From: Fistulifera solaris
Lineage: Eukaryota
Direction of reading: 5' to 3'
Assembly: GCA_030295235.1 (NCBI GenBank)
Contig: AP026141.1
Coordinates: forward strand, 186,001-250,000
Length of the DNA stretch: 64,000 nucleotides
Made by a program: the position numbers and the translations under genes
Shown here: one piece after another, positions 61,462 through 64,000 of the stretch
How the letters are laid out: every line of letters begins with the position of its first letter
Numbering within the stretch: position 1 is the stretch's first letter
Notes under the pieces: model-generated
Databases searched by the model: none
Seen by the model: the letters and a program-made list of their open reading frames with translations, nothing else
What the model was told of the DNA's origin: nothing

Positions 61462-62043
61462 GGTATAAGAAGAAAATTTTGGCTGTGGCTTAACAAGGAA
61501 AGCATTGCTGAGGGAGGACATCCTTAGATCAAGGAATTTCCTTGCTTTAGATCCCTCTATTTAGCCACAGAAAGGCTATCCCGTCACTCGTCTCTCCACC
61601 TACGTAACGAGATTTAGCTAAATGTAAACATAGCTTGCCGTTGGTAGCCAGACGATCTTCATCATCTAAGATAAATTTGATTGCTGGCCAAATTTGTCGT
61701 TCCGAACGGCGAAAAGAGGTTCTCAAAACCCGCGATGTGCGCGGTCATTGTGATCACTAACAAACTACAGTAAGTATGAGAACTTGGGTACCAGTAGAGT
61801 ACTCCGTAGGATATAGTAATAACGTTCCAATGAAAAAATAGTACTGTTTGAAATCACAAAGTCATGGGCGCGCATTTTTTCTAAACTCGAAAGGCCGACT
61901 TTATCGAACCTCCAACATGAAAGAACATGTGCCAGATGAATGGATGATGACTTGTTGACCAACAAGCCAAATCGTTGCAACCGAAAGGATAAACCAGAAC
62001 TTTGATTTAGTTCTTAACTAAAAAGCGCCAAGTATCTCAAGAA

Positions 62044-64000
62044 ATGCGGAAGATTCCAGCAACTGCGACGACCGACGACTCTTCTTCATCATCATCCTCG
62101 TCATCCTCGTCTTCGTCGGGTAGCTCATCCAGTGACGAGGAAGAAGTCTCCTATTCGCCTGTTGCAAACAAAGGCAAAATCATGAAGCCAGGTCTCAATC
62201 CAGCAACGATATCCCCGCCGGCTTCACCGCCACTCAGTCGTAATGTAGCGCAACTCGGCACAAAAGCGTCGCCGCCCCTTCCGATCAACAAGAACGAAAA
62301 ACCCGGATTTCAACCCAAGGAGAAAAGCCCGCCGCTGAGCAATCCATTTTTGAAAAAGCAAGAGACGGCTCCTCCGCAACAAAATGGCTTGGGAATGCTC
62401 ACACCAAAGAAGGCTGAGACAGATGGTGATTCCAGTGACGAAGATGATATCTTGGGCCCTTCACCAGGCGCTCTAGGAAAAACCAACAATAAAGTGCCCC
62501 CAACAGGGAAACTTACCAAAGATTTATCGAAAGATAATGTACCGAAAGTGACCGGGTCGTCACCCAGCGATAAGTCAATGGCGAAAGGCAGTGTCGACGA
62601 TGACAAAAAGGATAAGTCAAAGAAGAGCTCAAGTAGCAAAGAGGATAAGAAGAAGGAATCGAAAGATAAAAAGGAAAAGAAAGAAAAGAAGGAAAAAGAA
62701 AAGAAAGACAAGAGTGAAAAGAAGAGTAAAAAAGACGGGGATGACGGTAAAGGTGATAAAAGTAGGAACAAGTCGGAGATCGAGCAGAAAGGGAACAAAG
62801 AGCAAGTTGATTCCAAGATAGATGGAAGACCTAATTTGGATGGAAGCAAATTGCGCGCAGTTGACCTCGAAGGTGGCCTTGACGGAGATAAATTGAAAAG
62901 TGGAGAAGACGATGCTTCGTCAAAAGAGGAGAAAAGGCGAGGATTTCTGGGCAGACTTTTCGCACCACAAAAAGCGGAACCTCCTGTTCTTGTCGATGAC
63001 GATGATGATGCACCCGAAGACGCCAATCCGGTCGTCACCACGAAGAAGAAGAATAGTGGTCGCTTTTCGTTATTTCGTAAGAAGAGTCAGAAAGCTGAGC
63101 CTACAGATGATGACATTGAAATCGAATTCGTCCCCAACGACGAGGAAGAGGAAACTGCCATCACTGACAAGGCAATTCTTTATCCTGAGCCTCGAATGGA
63201 ATCAGCACAACCTAGTATTGATATTGAGAACCCTGCACCTGTTGATCAAAGCCGTGGCGATGTCCATCAAAGACCGAAACAAGATGATCAGTTTAGGTGG
63301 GGACGATTGTACTTTGCACTTTTGATCATAGCCATATTAATCGTCGGATCGACCGTGGGGACCGCCTTTTGGGGAATGAAGATCTATACGGAAAAGCACG
63401 GAGATTTGGCACTCAGCACAGACAGCGGTCCTCCGCCAACATTGGAAGGCAACGAATGTGATTACGATGACAACCTTCTACTCGAGTTCCGGATATTGTT
63501 CGATTCCAAACCCGAACAAACTGGTTTTTCTCTTCGCGATGCACCCCCTTTCAGCAGCGGTATCTGGGTCATGGAACCGGGCACGTTCCGTTCGTTTTCT
63601 CAATTTCAAAAGAAGAACACGCTCCGCATTTGTTTGAGCGATAAATTGAACTACACGTTCGAGGTTGAAGACACGTTTGGTGATGGGATGGTATCGGAAT
63701 TCGGCGCGACCAGTGTTTATGGCAGATGGGAGCTCGCTTTCAACGAGCAACTGGTTGCTTCCTACAACGGGGACTGCTACGCGAATGCAACATCGGATGG
63801 CGAAAGTTTGAGTCAGTCTACCAACGATACACTTTCGTTTTGTGGAAGATATTGTACATGTTCGTTCACCATTGGAGTCAATGAAACGAAAGGAGGATGC
63901 GTGGAGGAATGCCAGGACCCAACTGTCCCTACCAGCCGTCCCGTTGCAGAAGAACCGGAAGGCACCGATCCACCAGCAGAGACAACGGGCCCTGCAGGTG
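62044..64000 (+). CDS. Type II membrane protein with a low-complexity S/K/D cytoplasmic N-terminus and a Cys-containing extracellular domain (runs off window end)
   Basis: ATG at 62044 (MRKIPATATTDDSSSS), no stop seen. TM near 63300-63375 (WGRLYFALLIIAILIVGSTVGTAFWG), then FDSKPEQTGF..YTFEVEDTFGDGM..YGRWEL. Confidence 0.8.
   Translation, partial: MRKIPATATTDDSSSSSSSSSSSSSGSSSSDEEEVSYSPVANKGKIMKPGLNPATISPPASPPLSRNVAQLGTKASPPLPINKNEKPGFQPKEKSPPLSNPFLKKQETAPPQQNGLGMLTPKKAETDGDSSDEDDILGPSPGALGKTNNKVPPTGKLTKDLSKDNVPKVTGSSPSDKSMAKGSVDDDKKDKSKKSSSSKEDKKKESKDKKEKKEKKEKEKKDKSEKKSKKDGDDGKGDKSRNKSEIEQKGNKEQVDSKIDGRPNLDGSKLRAVDLEGGLDGDKLKSGEDDASSKEEKRRGFLGRLFAPQKAEPPVLVDDDDDAPEDANPVVTTKKKNSGRFSLFRKKSQKAEPTDDDIEIEFVPNDEEEETAITDKAILYPEPRMESAQPSIDIENPAPVDQSRGDVHQRPKQDDQFRWGRLYFALLIIAILIVGSTVGTAFWGMKIYTEKHGDLALSTDSGPPPTLEGNECDYDDNLLLEFRILFDSKPEQTGFSLRDAPPFSSGIWVMEPGTFRSFSQFQKKNTLRICLSDKLNYTFEVEDTFGDGMVSEFGATSVYGRWELAFNEQLVASYNGDCYANATSDGESLSQSTNDTLSFCGRYCTCSFTIGVNETKGGCVEECQDPTVPTSRPVAEEPEGTDPPAETTGPAG

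Overview
Gene-dense eukaryotic DNA, almost certainly from a diatom (probably pennate). Evidence: short GT-AG introns of about 70-90 nt, signal peptide plus F-type plastid presequences, HSF/HMG/RAP-OPR genes, and RxL/PS-repeat secreted proteins. About 27 protein-coding genes are supportable. Many conserved genes carry single-base frameshifts, nearly all in homopolymers, which look like sequencing or assembly indels rather than biology. Four mobile elements lie in upstream or intergenic regions: two non-autonomous Helitron-like elements sharing a hairpin-CTAG 3' end (one complete, A|TC...CTAG|T), a hAT-type MITE with 16-bp TIRs and an 8-bp TSD, and a decayed 5'-truncated CRE-like non-LTR retrotransposon. 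The most interesting candidates are a secreted clostripain-type protease flanked by two paralogous RxL/Cys-domain/SDVP-repeat proteins, a plastid-targeted intronless opine dehydrogenase, a CBM20-TPS-TPP protein with altered catalytic residues in both domains, and a kinase with very large insertions in its catalytic domain. All family assignments come from motif recognition by eye; no database searches were run.
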